From: Octopus sinensis
Lineage: Eukaryota
Assembly (NCBI RefSeq): GCF_006345805.1
Contig: NC_043000.1
Coordinates: forward strand, 57,908,001-57,972,000
DNA length: 64,000 nucleotides
Reading direction: 5' to 3'
In this document: positions 12,116 through 25,072 of the stretch, piece by piece
How the letters are laid out: the number at the start of each line of letters is the position of its first letter
Numbering within the stretch: position 1 is the first letter of the stretch
Notes under the pieces: generated by a model
Databases searched by the model: none
The model's input: only the letters and a program-made list of their open reading frames with translations
Told to the model about the DNA's origin: nothing
Translations under genes and position numbers: made by a program

Positions 12116-12255
12116 CATCGAAGAATACCTCAGGAATGAGAACCCAGGTTCGAAATTTCCCCAAGACACCTGAAAAAGGCTGGAGGGTATATCAGCTGAA
12201 ATGTTGTGTTAACAACAAACAAGATGAGGACAAATATCCGTCGAATGTAAATAAT
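11740..12255 (+). mobile_element. tRNA-headed non-autonomous retroelement with inverted 3'-end copy and degenerate hammerhead motif
   Basis: TSD TAATTTTCAT (11730-11739 and 12256-12265). 22-bp inverted repeat 11775-11796 / 12234-12255 with 1 mismatch. A box TGGCGTAGTGG 11796-11806, B box GAGTTCGATTCC 11839-11850. Two (AAT)n tracts. Hammerhead-like motif at 12165-12210. Confidence 0.85.
12165..12210 (+). ncRNA. Degenerate minimal type-I hammerhead ribozyme motif
   Basis: GACAC-CTGAAAA-A-GGCTG(10-nt loop)CAGCT-GAAA-T-GTT-GTGTT; stems I and II can pair, but the core reads CUGAAAA instead of CUGANGA. Confidence 0.6.
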
Positions 12256-14133
12256 TAATTTTCATTTTTATTGTTTAATATGAGGCTTCATTCTTTCAGG
12301 TCCTCTAATACTGAAGGACAGAAAAAACTGAGTGATAGTGATACAGTTGGTGGTTAGGTTAAATTTATTACAAGATGACAATGTATGGAGGAAAAATGTG
12401 AGCAGGAAGAATGAACAGCTAGGATAGAAGTATGAATCAGATAACATTTGATTACCATAGAAACTTATTCATTAGATAAATTGTGTAACATTGCAATTGA
12501 TTTCAGTTAATACATCTACAATTAAATGGTATAACATTGACACAGTTAACAAATAAAATAATCTTTATACTTTTGGAGATGAGTATTTCTATGATAAACT
12601 CATCTCTAAATAAATATTATCAGTTTAGGGCCTGATGTAGAAGACAAATGATTAAGTCAAAAGTATGTTAAATTAGAAATATTACTGTCTTTTGGAACAA
12701 TAATATGACAAAACTTTTAACTACTCAGAAAAAAGGACAGTAGGAAAAAAATAAAGGTTTCAGATGCAAAGCCTAATTTAGAGCAGAAATACCAACAAAA
12801 ACACTACTTCAGAAAATAGGAAGTGAAATGAACAACATGTCACAAGATGAAACCACAAAAAAAAAAAAAACAAAATGAGGAAAATAATCTGAAAAAGTCT
12901 CAATATAATCTTTGTTTAGTAAAGATAGTAAGTACTGACACAAACATCAAAGACATATACAGTATCATCAGCATATGTCTTTGCTATATGATATCAACAA
13001 GTAACAACTAAATGTGAAAATTTGTAAAAAAACAAAGGGAAAAAGGAGTGTTTTCCAATAATATTCAAAACGCATCAATATATAAAACAATAACAACTCA
13101 TTGATTGCTGACTTCAAGCTGACAATAATATTGACTGATAAAGAATTAAATTATGCAGAATTATGTATTTCCTATGTAGAAACCAAAGGACAATGAAGAA
13201 TAGAGAGTTTATGTGTAGTATTATGAGTCAGTAATAACATGGCTTTGAAGAAGCAATGAAACAAAAACAACTCCAAGAAACTCTCACCAACATTAAGAGA
13301 AAATATGAGATACAAAATTTGGTAGTAGCTGTATTGAGAAAGTCATATAGCACTGAATTTAACAAAACGTGGGTGTATATTTAAGTGATGAAGAATCTGC
13401 AACACCATCAACAATCTAAGCATCAAATTTCAATTCATTAAGAATATTTTGCATATGTCATTCAATACAGTTCCACCTATCTGAATTATCTAAATACATG
13501 TTATTGGTTCGCTTGAGTTATCTCCTTTAGCTTTCTTTTGAAATATTTTAGGTAAAAATAAGGAAAATGGTATTTATATTTTTAAAAGGGGGTTTATTAG
13601 GAAATCATCAAAACATTTATTTAAAAAAACATGTAATGCAGGAAGAAATATGATGCTAAAGAACACATAATCACATAAGTAATTAGTTCGCATATAAAAT
13701 ACTTCCATTCTTTGAATTTTCTTATTATTGATTATTTTCAAACAGATTAACTAGCAATCAAAAGACCAAGTTTCAAAATACTGAGTTTTGGAAACATAAA
13801 AATTAATCTCATATGTTGCTTATCTTTCTTTGTATTGTTAAGATTATAATCATTTCCTCATGCAAACATTTGTTGTTTGCAAACACATTTATATAAAAAT
13901 TTTATATAGTTTCTATTGCAAATTTTAATAGTTTCTATTGCAAATTAGTTGTCAGTTATAAGTAAATGATCAGAGAGGTTATTAGAATTAAAGTGAATTT
14001 AGTGCTGAAACTAGCCTAAAACAAAAATTTTGATTATTCCAAGTTTAATGTTGGTATACAAACAATGAAATATTAGAATATGTGTGAGTATTTTATTCAA
14101 TGGTGAGAGAATTTAAAGAACGGATGTATTCTA

Positions 14134-14930
14134 CAAGGTCACCCAAAAGTTCTGTTACAGTTTTTGAGGTTCTTAGTTTAACATAAAAAAGTGGTAATTT
14201 TATCATTATTTTATATTGTTTTAAAGATTTTTTTGTCTTCTTTCAGGTTCTGAACTCATCTTTAAGCTAAGAGATATATATTTTGTCCAAAATTAGAATC
14301 AAATATGAATGATCTGCTGTAGTTGATCTACATCAAACTGGTAAGTCACCATCAGGAAGTTTGAATCTTCTCAACTGGCTGAAAATGAAGTGAATGTTCA
14401 TCTATCAAACCATTAATTGATTCAGGGACACTGGAGGAGTTCAAGATTGAGTGAGAACAGAACGTCCCAGGTCAGTCGGGACTTCCAGGTTCCAGGAAAT
14501 CGTCAATTTCAGAGTTCACAGAAAAATCATCAATTTCAGAGTTCACAGAAAGGCACTCCATGAGAAAGATGGCTGCTGAGCTGGGAGTCTCAAGAGAATC
14601 TTTGAGGTAAGTTGTCAAAAGCAACTGGGGACTTGCTTCATTGAAATGCCAAAAAGTTCACAGCCTAACAACTGCTTCAAAGGGAAAGAGACTCACAAGA
14701 AGTCATGCACTGCTTAAGTAGCTCAATACTCATGGCTTGGACAATGTGCTCTTCGCAGACGAGAAGTTATTCACTGTTGAAGAAGCTCACAAAAGCCAAA
14801 ATGACAGGATCCTTGCAGAAAACATTCAGTCATGTCCAGAGGATGCCAGAAATATTCACCTCACTCAAAAACCTTTATCTGTGATGGTCTGGGCTGGAGT
14901 GTCTTTGACGAGGAAAAATACTCTTGACAT
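14134..14930 (+). mobile_element. Tc1/mariner-superfamily (DD37D/maT-like) transposon relic, 3'-truncated
   Basis: Begins TA|CAAGGTCACCCAAAAG. Degenerate transposase with NVLFADEKLFTVEEAHKSQNDRI and QKPLSVMVWAGVS, and many stops upstream. Confidence 0.8.
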
Positions 14931-15339
14931 TCAATCTTTCTTTTAAAGTAAATAAATATATTTTAATACAGTCCCCAAATACACACCCTTTTAAAACTGT
15001 AAATAAATGTCTTTAAAAACTGTATGCTTATTATTTTCCTGTAACTTAATTTAAAGTTTTGATCTATTGGTATTATGATATTCAGTAATTCATCTTTCAT
15101 TATTCCAAATTTTCAGTTTTTCAATCTCTTGACATTCAGTCTTATAGCTTCCAGAATTATGATTGTCACCTGTTCCAAACAGCATGTATTGCCTATGACA
15201 TTTGCTGGTTTGTTAGCCTGTTGCCTTAGTTCTCAAATAACTTGTGCAAATGGAATCTTGTTGATTGATAAAATTTGATGATTCTGTATTATTGTCCTGT
15301 TGATAATTGTTATTTTTTAAATGAATAATAGACTCAAGG

Positions 15340-16282
15340 TGAGTGACTTGAGAGTCTGACTGTGTAACTTGAAAATGGATAACATTTGACATCTTGGTAT
15401 TTTCAAGCACCTGCAGGAAAAGGGCTTAGCCCTAATGACATTCATGCTGACATGGTTGATACATTAGGAGATTACACTCTAGCTTTATCAACAATGAAAA
15501 ACAGGCAGCTGAATTTAAGAGGGGAAAGGAAAGACTTGAAGGCTTCTGCTCTGTGGGTACCATGTTTTCTGACACCTGATCAAGAGTGCACCAGGCTGAT
15601 CACATCACAGGAAAATCTGACATTGTTTCAAGCAGATCCAGCTGGTTTACTTGAATGTTTCCTAACCCAGGATGAGTGAGGGCTTCATTACTTTGAGCCA
15701 AAGACAGAGACAATTGATGCAGTAGAAACACTCCTCCTCACCTACTCCAAAGGCCAAGGTCGTTTCATTTGCAAGGTAAGTGACAGCCTCAGTTTTTTTG
15801 GGATGCAAAAAGCATTGTGTTTATTGACTATCTTCATAAGGGCTGAACCATCAATGGAGAATACTATGCCAACTTCCTGAGGCAGTCATGAAAGACTGTT
15901 ATGACCAAACACCAAGGGAAACTGACGAAAGAGATCTTGTTTCATCAGGACAATGCTTCAACACATAAGTCCTTGGTTTCAGTGGCTGCTGTACATGACT
16001 GTGGTTTTGAACTGGTTGATTACCCTACCTATTCTCCTGATTTGGCCCCATCTGACCATTGTCTGGCTGGGAACCAGTGTCACAGTGATAATGATGTCAT
16101 ATCTGCTACTAACTTTTTTAACTGACAGGAAGAAAGCTTCTTCACCAATGGGGTCCAAATAGTACAACATCAATGGAATAAGTGTATGGATTGCAAGGGG
16201 GACTATGCTAAAAAATAACCTCATTTGGTGAAATTCCATGAGAGTATCTTGGTTAACCTATGAACATTCTGGCCGACCCTCA
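15340..16282 (+). mobile_element. mariner (DD34D) transposase pseudogene with right TIR
   Basis: WVPCFLT (WVPHEL motif), FLTQDE, FHQDNA, YSPDLAPSD; ends ...ggccgaccctca|TA; internal deletions and stops. Confidence 0.9.
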
Positions 16283-17748
16283 TAAGTGAATATATTAGAT
16301 TATTACTTTAATGAGTATCTAGAGTAATTTATCTTTGTAAACAGTAGAATACAATATTGTAAGCTAATGAAAAACCAGCCAATAATACAGCAACACTAGT
16401 TCTCCCAGCAGTGTGTTGTACCAACTCAAGGCATATATTTGTAGTTTAGTGAACTCAACCACCAAGAGTCAAGAGACTTAGCCATAAACCCATCAAAACA
16501 CTGACAATAGCCAGAAATTTACAATCCTTTGGATGACATTCTGTTGAGAAAATTTAAACAGAGTTGTGTTAATATTCATTAGTATTGTAAAGAAATATTC
16601 CATTCTTGGTTGAGATTTGGAAGTTTAGGAAATATGAAAAGGTAAAGGAAGAGTTAACTATAACAAAATAGGTATCAGATATTCTTGTGAAAAAGAACAA
16701 TTTCTTAGGGAAACATCAAAGGGAAATAGAAAGGTTATGCTGGAATAGTAATATACAAAACTAGATATTGATATTAATGTATTTTAAATGAACACAAATA
16801 AAATCTCCAGAACTTGATTTAAATAGGAAAGAGAAATTTCTTCTTTTTTGCATATATATATGTATACATATATATAACTTTCCATCCATTTCCATTTAGA
16901 TATTAATATTGTTCAGAAGCATTCAGTTAAATTGTGAGCACTAAAATTTAGAAAGCTGATAAAGAGAATATTGAATATATACTGCTTTATGAAACTAAGA
17001 GCAATATATGGAAGGCTGTGTCTACTTATGTAGCTGTCATAGAGATTTAGAAATAAGTAAAGCCAAATAAGATTGTACTCAACTAAATTATAAATTTAGG
17101 TGAAACAAAGATAGCAGTATCGGTAAAGAACAAAGAGGCATGAAAATTAATATATTTTTGTGGGAATCACATATGAAATTGGAATATGTGTTTCATCAGT
17201 TATGTGGTGAATATTTTCCTAGGAATTAATCTAGGAAATATCAGAATTGAAAGTTAATTGAGTTGGTACAGAAGATAAACTGAAACTAAAGAAGCCTAAG
17301 ATTAAATCCTTGTACAAACAAGATAGTAGAGGAATGGCAACATATGGAAAGTACATTAAACCATGAGGGATAAATATTTATTATTCTAGGCACAATTGCT
17401 TCATCTTTATTGATCAAAGATAGTCATTAACCCTGTTAGCTTCAAAGGAGAGGAAGGTTGGGATTGTGACATAGCTATCTTTCTAAAAGCTATTAGCAGC
17501 TTAACAAAATTCAAATCTAAACCAGATCACAGGTTCAGTTTTCAAAGAGCATTATCTCTTATTCTACAGTATTCACTATAAGACGAGTACACAATGAACT
17601 AATGTTATACATTAACTGAAGCTGCAGGTTATAAGTAATGTATGTTATAAGGACTGAGTAAAAGGTACAAAGTCATTATACTTGCTGAGTGCAGGACATA
17701 TATGCCATGAAAATAGCATTGTGCATGATGTTATGACAAACACCTTAA

Positions 17749-17968
17749 CCCTTTCGTTACTGTATTTATTTTGAGATGCTTTGTGTTTCTTTCAATTACT
17801 TTAAATATAACAAAGGATTTAGTAAAATAACTTAGTTATCATTAAGCTAGTATTAGAATCATAAATTGTGGCTAAGGTTTGATGAAAGATTTTAATTGAA
17901 AACTTTTGAAAACAAGATATTTGTAGTGAGAGCCAGAGCCGGTTTCAGCTAGGTTGTTAACGAAAGGG
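17749..17968. mobile_element. piggyBac-type MITE (family 1)
   Basis: TTAA|CCCTTTCGTTA ... TAACGAAAGGG|TTAA; 220 bp, non-coding. Confidence 0.9.
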
Positions 17969-19759
17969 TTAACATCTGTTAAAGTGCCAACAAACTCAGT
18001 GTATAAACCAAGTTTGAAATAACTATTTAATTTATTCCCATAATGTACTGAAGCATGAACATCATAATTTCCTTTTACCTACTCCTTGAAATCAACAGTG
18101 CTCATCACTGATAGAGACTTCTGGTTATAGAACAGACTTATCAAACTTGTATTTATTTGTTCTTATTTATGTGACATGAGTTAGATGGGTCTCACTATGT
18201 ATTGCCCCTCATCATCTGGCACATACAACAATGGCAAAAACTGACCAACACAGATGATTGCTCTTCCTATCAGCCACTTTACAGTGTGAACTGGGTGCAT
18301 CTTATTGTGCTACTGATACAAGAAAGGTTGCCTGCAGGAAGGATTAAAGACTCCTCAATTCCCTTCCTCACTTGTTCTTTCTATTTGGATTAAATCAATC
18401 TTTTTGAAAGATAAATTAAGATAAGATTTAGAGATTTCACAATAACCTATTCTCACAAGTGAATTGGTGAAATTTCTCATATAATTGGACAGATGGAATT
18501 GTTATTTCAGTCAGTAATAAATTCATAGATAATACTGAAAAGCAAGTGAAAAGAGGGTTTGCAAAGAAGGTTATGGCTTAGCTTTCTGAAAAACTGACAA
18601 GGATGGAAAAGGTTATTTTGCAAATCCATTCAAATAATACCATCATTAAACAATGTATGCTATGCTGATGATAAAAATGGAGATCTCTAGAAGGAGCAAC
18701 AATCTAAACTAAAACAAAAAAGAAAACTGAAATAATGCAAGTTTAAGACATTTAACTGTCAAATGACCAAGTCCACCTAGTAGTGAATAGACATTACTCG
18801 GTTAAGAATAACACACTACTGTTAGCAGTGGTAACATTGTAGAATTGATTAATATTTTGTTAGCTTGTAGTACTGAGTTTAATCCTTTCTGTGAGCCTAG
18901 AAGAAGACAATGAGAAAGAGAAGTCACTCAAGTATTGAACCTCAGCCAGTTTCCTTTTGCCATTGGATCTGGACTTAGGTTCTGATGGTGAGCCACATGT
19001 AATAGTTGATGTACAATAGTCTATACTACATTGGAATCACCAGACGCAGCCATCCATCTGTAGGTAGACACATTTCTAATAATGAGAGGATTGTTGCTGA
19101 CAAGGAAAACAATGACAACTCTGACAATAGTAATAACAACAACAACAATAGAGGCAGCAGCAATTCTATTAATGTCTGCTTAATTTGAATTGAGCTTAAT
19201 AAAGAAAATTGCACCTTGATAAAAGTTTTGTATGCTAAATACTGCAACAGGTACTTTGCTGAACTATTTCTAATGTTACTGAAATACAATTGCATTCATT
19301 ACCTTTTCAGGTCAAAGCTAACAGAATGACATGTCCTGCCCAGTTACACAACTGTATCAACAAATGAAGAACCCCCCACCAATGAAACCATATCTTGAAA
19401 AAACAAAAACAAAAATCCAAAAAGGTTGGTCATGATTAGAAAGCCTTTGATCATATGTCTAGCTAGATCAGGGTTACACAAAAAGAACTGTAAAAAAATA
19501 TGAAGTCACAACCCACAAGTTAAGAAGCTGATAGCATATCCATTTGACCACTGTACAGCTCATAGAAATGAATTCAGTTATCTAAACCTTGAGAAAGTAC
19601 TGCAGAGTAGTCAATGGTTATCAGCTATCAGCATGCTAGCTAGTGATGTAAGTTCAATATCCAGTTGGGTCACTTTATGTACTTCTTGTATTGTCATCTT
19701 CTAGTAACATTCATCCTAGACCACATCTAAAAGACATCATTTGACTAATTGGCAAGATT

Positions 19760-20010
19760 CCTCTTGCCAATACACTACAACGCACAAACTGACAGATGTG
19801 CTGTTTCTTCTGTCACTACTTACAATGGTCCCTGTTTCTCTAAAGTACTCTTACTACCTAAGGACACCTGGCCTAGCTACCTCCTGCTCCCGTTACTCTC
19901 ATAGTATCGACTCACTCCCAGACACTGTTCTAAACACTTTTCCAAATCCTTCCTTCCCAGTTTTTAACTCCCTGGATTTCCCTCCACAGCCTCATCAGTG
20001 TCACTAGTCT
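19760..20010 (+). mobile_element. Highly degenerate L2/CR1-like LINE 3' fragment
   Basis: gtgctgtttcttct...tacaatggtccctgtttctct resembles the 'SLFYRYYNGxCSxEL' C-terminal motif seen more clearly at 29183-29330. Confidence 0.35.
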
Positions 20011-20297
20011 TGGAAAGACTGTAAATGTCCTGGGCACTGCTCTCCTCCTGTGATTAACTGACAACGAAAATAGTCTGTAGAATAATATGTCATGCCATAC
20101 TGACTTGACTTCTCAGTTACAATGTAAGAAAGCAAAAGCATTCTGTGAGCCAGCTTTTATGGAGCCAGCTTTTAATAAGCCAGCTTTTATGGAGCCAGTT
20201 GCCAAATCATCCTCAAAATCATGCTTTACTTTAAAAAGCAAGAAAAAAAAACAAAACAAAAAAAACTAAGAATACATTGGATAGTACAGTCGTAGAT

Positions 20298-20685
20298 ATT
20301 TTACTTTTACTTGTTTCAGTCACTGGACTGCAGCTCTGCTGGGGCAGCCCCTTGGAGGTTTTTAGTCAAAGAAATGAATGCCAAGACTTAATATTTTTAA
20401 AGTCTGTTTCACATTCTATCAATCTATTTTACCTAACCACTAAGTTACAAGAACATAAACAAACCAACAGAAGTTGTCAAGCAGTGACAACTGCTGGGTG
20501 AACAAACACAAACACACACACACACACGCATGATGTGCTTCCACACATTTTCTGCTAAATTAATTCACTCACAAAACATTGGTCAGCCCAGGGCTGTAGT
20601 AGAAGACACTTACCCAAGATGCAGCACCGTGAGACTGAACTCAAAACTACATAATTGCAAAGTGAACATCTTAACCATGCCACAG
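20298..20685 (-). mobile_element. SINE family A, near-complete copy
   Basis: Both halves contiguous around an internal (CA)n. Confidence 0.8.
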
Positions 20686-22012
20686 CTGAAATACCTTTGA
20701 CCACAAGTCTGAGTCATCCTTAACAACTAAAATCTTCTAGAATAACTAAATCAATTGTTAATGACAATGTGACATTTCTTATTTATTTCTTTGTTTCCTG
20801 TATCCATCTGAACACTAGTATTCCATTTGTACATCAAACAAGACAGTCTAAGGCAACATATGGCACATGAAAACTACAATAGATCTGTAATGAATAGATA
20901 TTTACTTATTCCAGGCATAATTGCTTCATATTTCAAAATCAAAGACACTTATTAACCTTGGTGATATGAATTTTGGAAAATAGCAACTTAACAAAAGTCA
21001 AATCTAAACCAGCTGCATTGCATTTGTTACTCTTTATAAATAATCTTTATTTCATGAGAACATTTAAATACAAAGAATCAGGAAAGTAGAGAGCTAAGAA
21101 AGGAAAAGAAAGAAAAAGAAAAGAAGGTGGGGAGAGAGCAAAGTAGCAGAAGATGGAAAGGGAGGGGACAATGGGCCACATATCCCAGAACAAATAGTGT
21201 GGTCAGTTGCACCCTGCAGAGAATGGCCAGTGACACTTGCTTCCACAGCCACTCCCCCTTGCTGGGCTCATTTCTCTGTTATTGTCACTATTTTGCGGAT
21301 GAGGATGAAATCAGTAATACAGGGTCCTAGAACATCTGACATCTCGATGGCTGCTGACACAAACTGAAAGCAGTCATCCAGGTACCTGTATTGATTTTTC
21401 TCTCCTCCACATTACAGGTGGCAACACCTGAGTTTGCAGCTGATATTGCAAGGCTGGAACCTATAATTCATAATATTTCCACCTTTGTAAAATGGAGCAT
21501 ACTCATTCTTTCTTTTAAAAACGATTGCTATGAGTAAATTCAATTTGAAATTCACTCATTTTGTTTTTTGCAACATTTTATTTTAGCGTATTTGATAGTT
21601 AATGATCATAAAATGACACTATACACCTCCCTATTTATCGATTAATATATCTATTTATACATTTTTTTTGCTCATTTGTTAATTTTTTTTTTTTTTTAGT
21701 TTTCAAAAGCAATGATTAATTTAAAGGTCATTAAAGTAGCACTAACAAACTTGTTGACATTTCTTCCATCTGCTTCTTCCAACAAGATATTAAAGCATTT
21801 TTCAGTCAGTAGAAAGCACACCACTTCTAAAGCAAAATGGAAATAAAATTAAATACCAGAGGAATATATGTGACGTGTATGAAAAGACACATAAAATGAC
21901 TCCACTTACCACTCTTGAACTCATATATGTCTATATTTAGCTGTTTTCTACAAAGAACTAAGAGTAAAAGAGGAAAGGAAGTTATTTCTAAGATAATATG
22001 TATTTACAAGTA

Positions 22013-22013
<1 letters not shown>

Positions 22014-22067
<54 letters not shown>
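22014..22067. repeat. (TG)n(TA)n microsatellite
   Basis: Direct inspection. Confidence 0.95.
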
Positions 22068-22071
<4 letters not shown>

Positions 22072-22194
22072 AAACAAAAGAGTGAAACATAGCTGTTATA
22101 AATGCAATAAGTTTGCTCATTTTTTATATTCATTTTTCTGCATACTTGCAGCATCATCATTATTATTATCATAATTTTGATTACATAATACTGG

Positions 22195-22395
22195 TTTTAA
22201 ATTTTAGCACAAGGCCAGTAAGTTCTGGGGAAGGGTAAATCAATTACATCAACCCCATTGTCAAACTTATTTTATCGATCCTGAAAGGATGAAAACAATG
22301 TCAACCTCAGCAGAATTTGAACTTAGAATGCGAAGATGGATGAAATGCCATTGAACATTTTACCTGGCATGCTAACAATTCTGCCAGGTTGCCAT
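22195..22395 (-). mobile_element. SINE family B
   Basis: Reverse of the family B body: ttttatcgatcctgaaaggatgaaa.caa.gtcaacctcagcagaatttgaact. Confidence 0.75.
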
Positions 22396-22819
22396 CATAT
22401 TTTACTACATAATATTGTTGATGATAATGATTACTCTTTTTTTTTTTAAACTATACTCTGTTATTAATACTTTCACTAAGACTATAAAGGAACCTGCTCT
22501 TTCCATGCTTGCTTGCTTATTCAGCTTGAAAGTAATTAGAAAGATAGAAAGAAAGATGCGCTTGAAGTGCATTGCATAGGTAAACAATACATGTCCACTG
22601 CATTATTGGTACTATTTTTTCACCAATCTCGAAAAGTAAATTCAGGTATGACAGGATATGATCTCAAAAAACAGTCAGAAAGAATTCACCTTAAGTATGG
22701 CACATAAACTTATTCTATGAATTTTATTTCTGGAATAAATTCTAGTAGTGACTGTTGTAATCACAGTTTCCCTGAAGATAGGTGGATGAAGAATGGTTGA
22801 CCTAGAACAGCGTTTTTAA

Positions 22820-23368
22820 CCCTTTAGCATTCAGATTGAGAGAACACAACAAGCTAAATGAAATTATGGTTGTGGCCAGTGCCAGTAATACATGAAAGGC
22901 ACTGGTGTTAGTGAGACATAAACAGCACCTGTGCTGGTAACAGGTAAAAGGCATCCATGCTGGTGGCATGCATAAGACACCTACGCCAGTGACACATATA
23001 AGGCACCCATGCAGGTAACATGTAAAAGGCACTCATGTTGGTGATGCATAAAAGGCACCCATGCTCGTGACATGTAAGAGACACCCAGTATACTCTGTGG
23101 AGACAGGAGCAGCTTTCCGGCTTACCATCTCCACTCGAACTGTCTAACCCATGCCAGCATGGAAAACAGACGTTAAATGATGATGATGATGATGATTGTT
23201 TTTAATTAATCATGCGTTATCTTGGAGCTTTGAGATTTCCATGATGGAATTGTTTATTTTTATATTGACATTATAGAGTGGATGTGAGAAGCTGGATCTG
23301 GTCAGTTTGAACATAAAACAGGTAGAATATTTGGGCTGCTGGTCATAGCTGGCTCAAATGTTAAAGGG
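22820..23368. mobile_element. piggyBac-type MITE (family 2) interrupted by an RTE 3'-UTR copy
   Basis: TTAA|CCCTTTAGCATT ... AATGTTAAAGGG|TTAA; aligns with 60675-60891 once the insert at about 22838-23195 is removed. Confidence 0.85.
22838..23195 (+). mobile_element. 5'-truncated RTE-LINE 3'-UTR copy
   Basis: Repeated ..gtaaaaggcacccatgc units; ends aacccatgccagcatggaaaacagacgttaaa(tga)n like the LINE tail at 9130-9192. Confidence 0.8.
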
Positions 23369-24719
23369 TTAATCAAACTCTGTGGCATGGGAATAACCAG
23401 TTAAATACACAGAAATGGCCTGAAGATCCAACCTGTTGGATATAGTCTTTCTGGTCTAGTCACATATTTCTCATCTCAAATATTATTGATTGATATCATA
23501 TGACAAGGCAGACTGCATCTCATTTGAGAATTTACCTGATTTTGTAGGCCTATAAGATTACCAGGGAGGGAGTGGAACATTCAGAAATTAACTAGATGAA
23601 TGGTAATTTATATGTTAGTTAATGACAAGCAAACACAGCTTTTATTCACACTCTTCATTAGAGGATAATAACTGGGTGGGGTGAATACAGGGAAGATTTG
23701 TTTTGAAATAGCGGCAGATTTGTAATTGGTGGGAAGTAATAGGCAGGGAGGAAGTTTTTAAAGGCTTGTAATTTTTGTTTCTTGGTAAAAAGTGTTGTGA
23801 CTAATACGTATGTGATTCAAAGAATAATTCTATTTTGTGCAAATTTGTATATCTCTGTTGAGATTTTTTAAAAATATTTTTAATAATGAAAAGTAAATGA
23901 AAAAAATTCTAGTATATTTTAAGAGACACATTCATAACAAACAGAAAACTAAAATTGTTCTATTAGATACAAAATCCTTAAGTTAAGGAATAAAAAAAAA
24001 TGAAAAAACTGTGATATTTACGAAGTCGTTCCAGCCCCACTCCCACTAGCATGAAAAATGAGCTGAGAATTGACTACATAACAGCAGATAGAATATAATA
24101 TCTGTACCAGGGTTTGCTGTATCATGTTCTTTATTGGTAATTGTAAATATCACCTTGCTTTCAACTTCTGAGTTTTCTTCCTATTTCTATGGTTGCAACT
24201 ACTCTGAGTTTATAAGATTTTAACAAATTTCACTTAAATAAAATATTAATGTGGCTGAGTAAAAACTAATTTTGGACTATAATGAATATCATTATTGTGT
24301 CAACACACTTCAGATACAGGTCTATCACATTTTAAAATTTATTTTACTGTATTTATGTGTAAAGGGTACAGTTATGTGCCATTTTACCTTATGTCTGCAC
24401 TAATCAGACACAAATTTTCTATTTCACTTTCTTTTAATGTTTTCTCTGTGAGGAAGAAAGACAATAAATTCAAGAAAACCACAATGGGTTAAATGAGTTT
24501 ATATTAAAAAGAATCTAGTTAACATTCTTTGAATAAAAAAATAAATGTAGGCACAGGCATGGCTGGGTTCAGTTCCACTGCATTGTACCTTGGGTAAGCA
24601 TCCTCTACTATAGCCCAGGGCCAACCAGATCTATGTGAGTGTATTTGGTAGATGGAAACTGGAAGAAGCTTGTTGTATGTGTCTGTGTGTTTACATATAC
24701 ATATATATGATGATATATA

Positions 24720-25032
24720 TATATCACCGTGATCACTGTGACCGACCAGGCTATCAGATGTTGCTACACATCGCTGGTCACAATGCGCTTCGCATTGTTT
24801 TAGCCTTCAAATGATGCCACCCCGCTGGCTAAGCAAACAGGCCTACAGAAGAAAGAGTGAGAGAAAGTTGTGGTGAAAGAGTACAGCAGGGGACGCCACC
24901 ATTCTCTGCCAGAGCATCGTGGAGCTTTGGGTATTTTTGCTCAATAAACACTCACAACACCCGGTCTGGGAATCGAAACCACGATCCTACGACAGCGAGT
25001 CCACTGCCCTAACCACTGGGCCATTGCGCCTC

Positions 25033-25037
<5 letters not shown>
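24720..25037 (-). mobile_element. tRNA-derived SINE (family D head, alternative tail) nested in a family A SINE
   Basis: Minus: GTGGAGGCGCAATGGCCCAGTGGTTAGGGC...GGTTTCGATTCCC. Host SINE halves at about 24547-24690 and 25340-25490. Confidence 0.88.

Positions 25038-25072
<35 letters not shown>

Noticed and set aside
18540-18680. TATGCTGATGAT (YADD) at 18661 hinting at an ancient RT
   Set aside because: No other RT motif can be read convincingly; too decayed to call
19026-19295. Leu-rich minus-strand ORF resembling a membrane protein
   Set aside because: Driven by a decayed (AAC/AAT)n tract; no domain signal
20147-20198. 15-bp tandem repeat (gagccagcttttatg, about 3.5 copies)
   Set aside because: Short local duplication with no further structure
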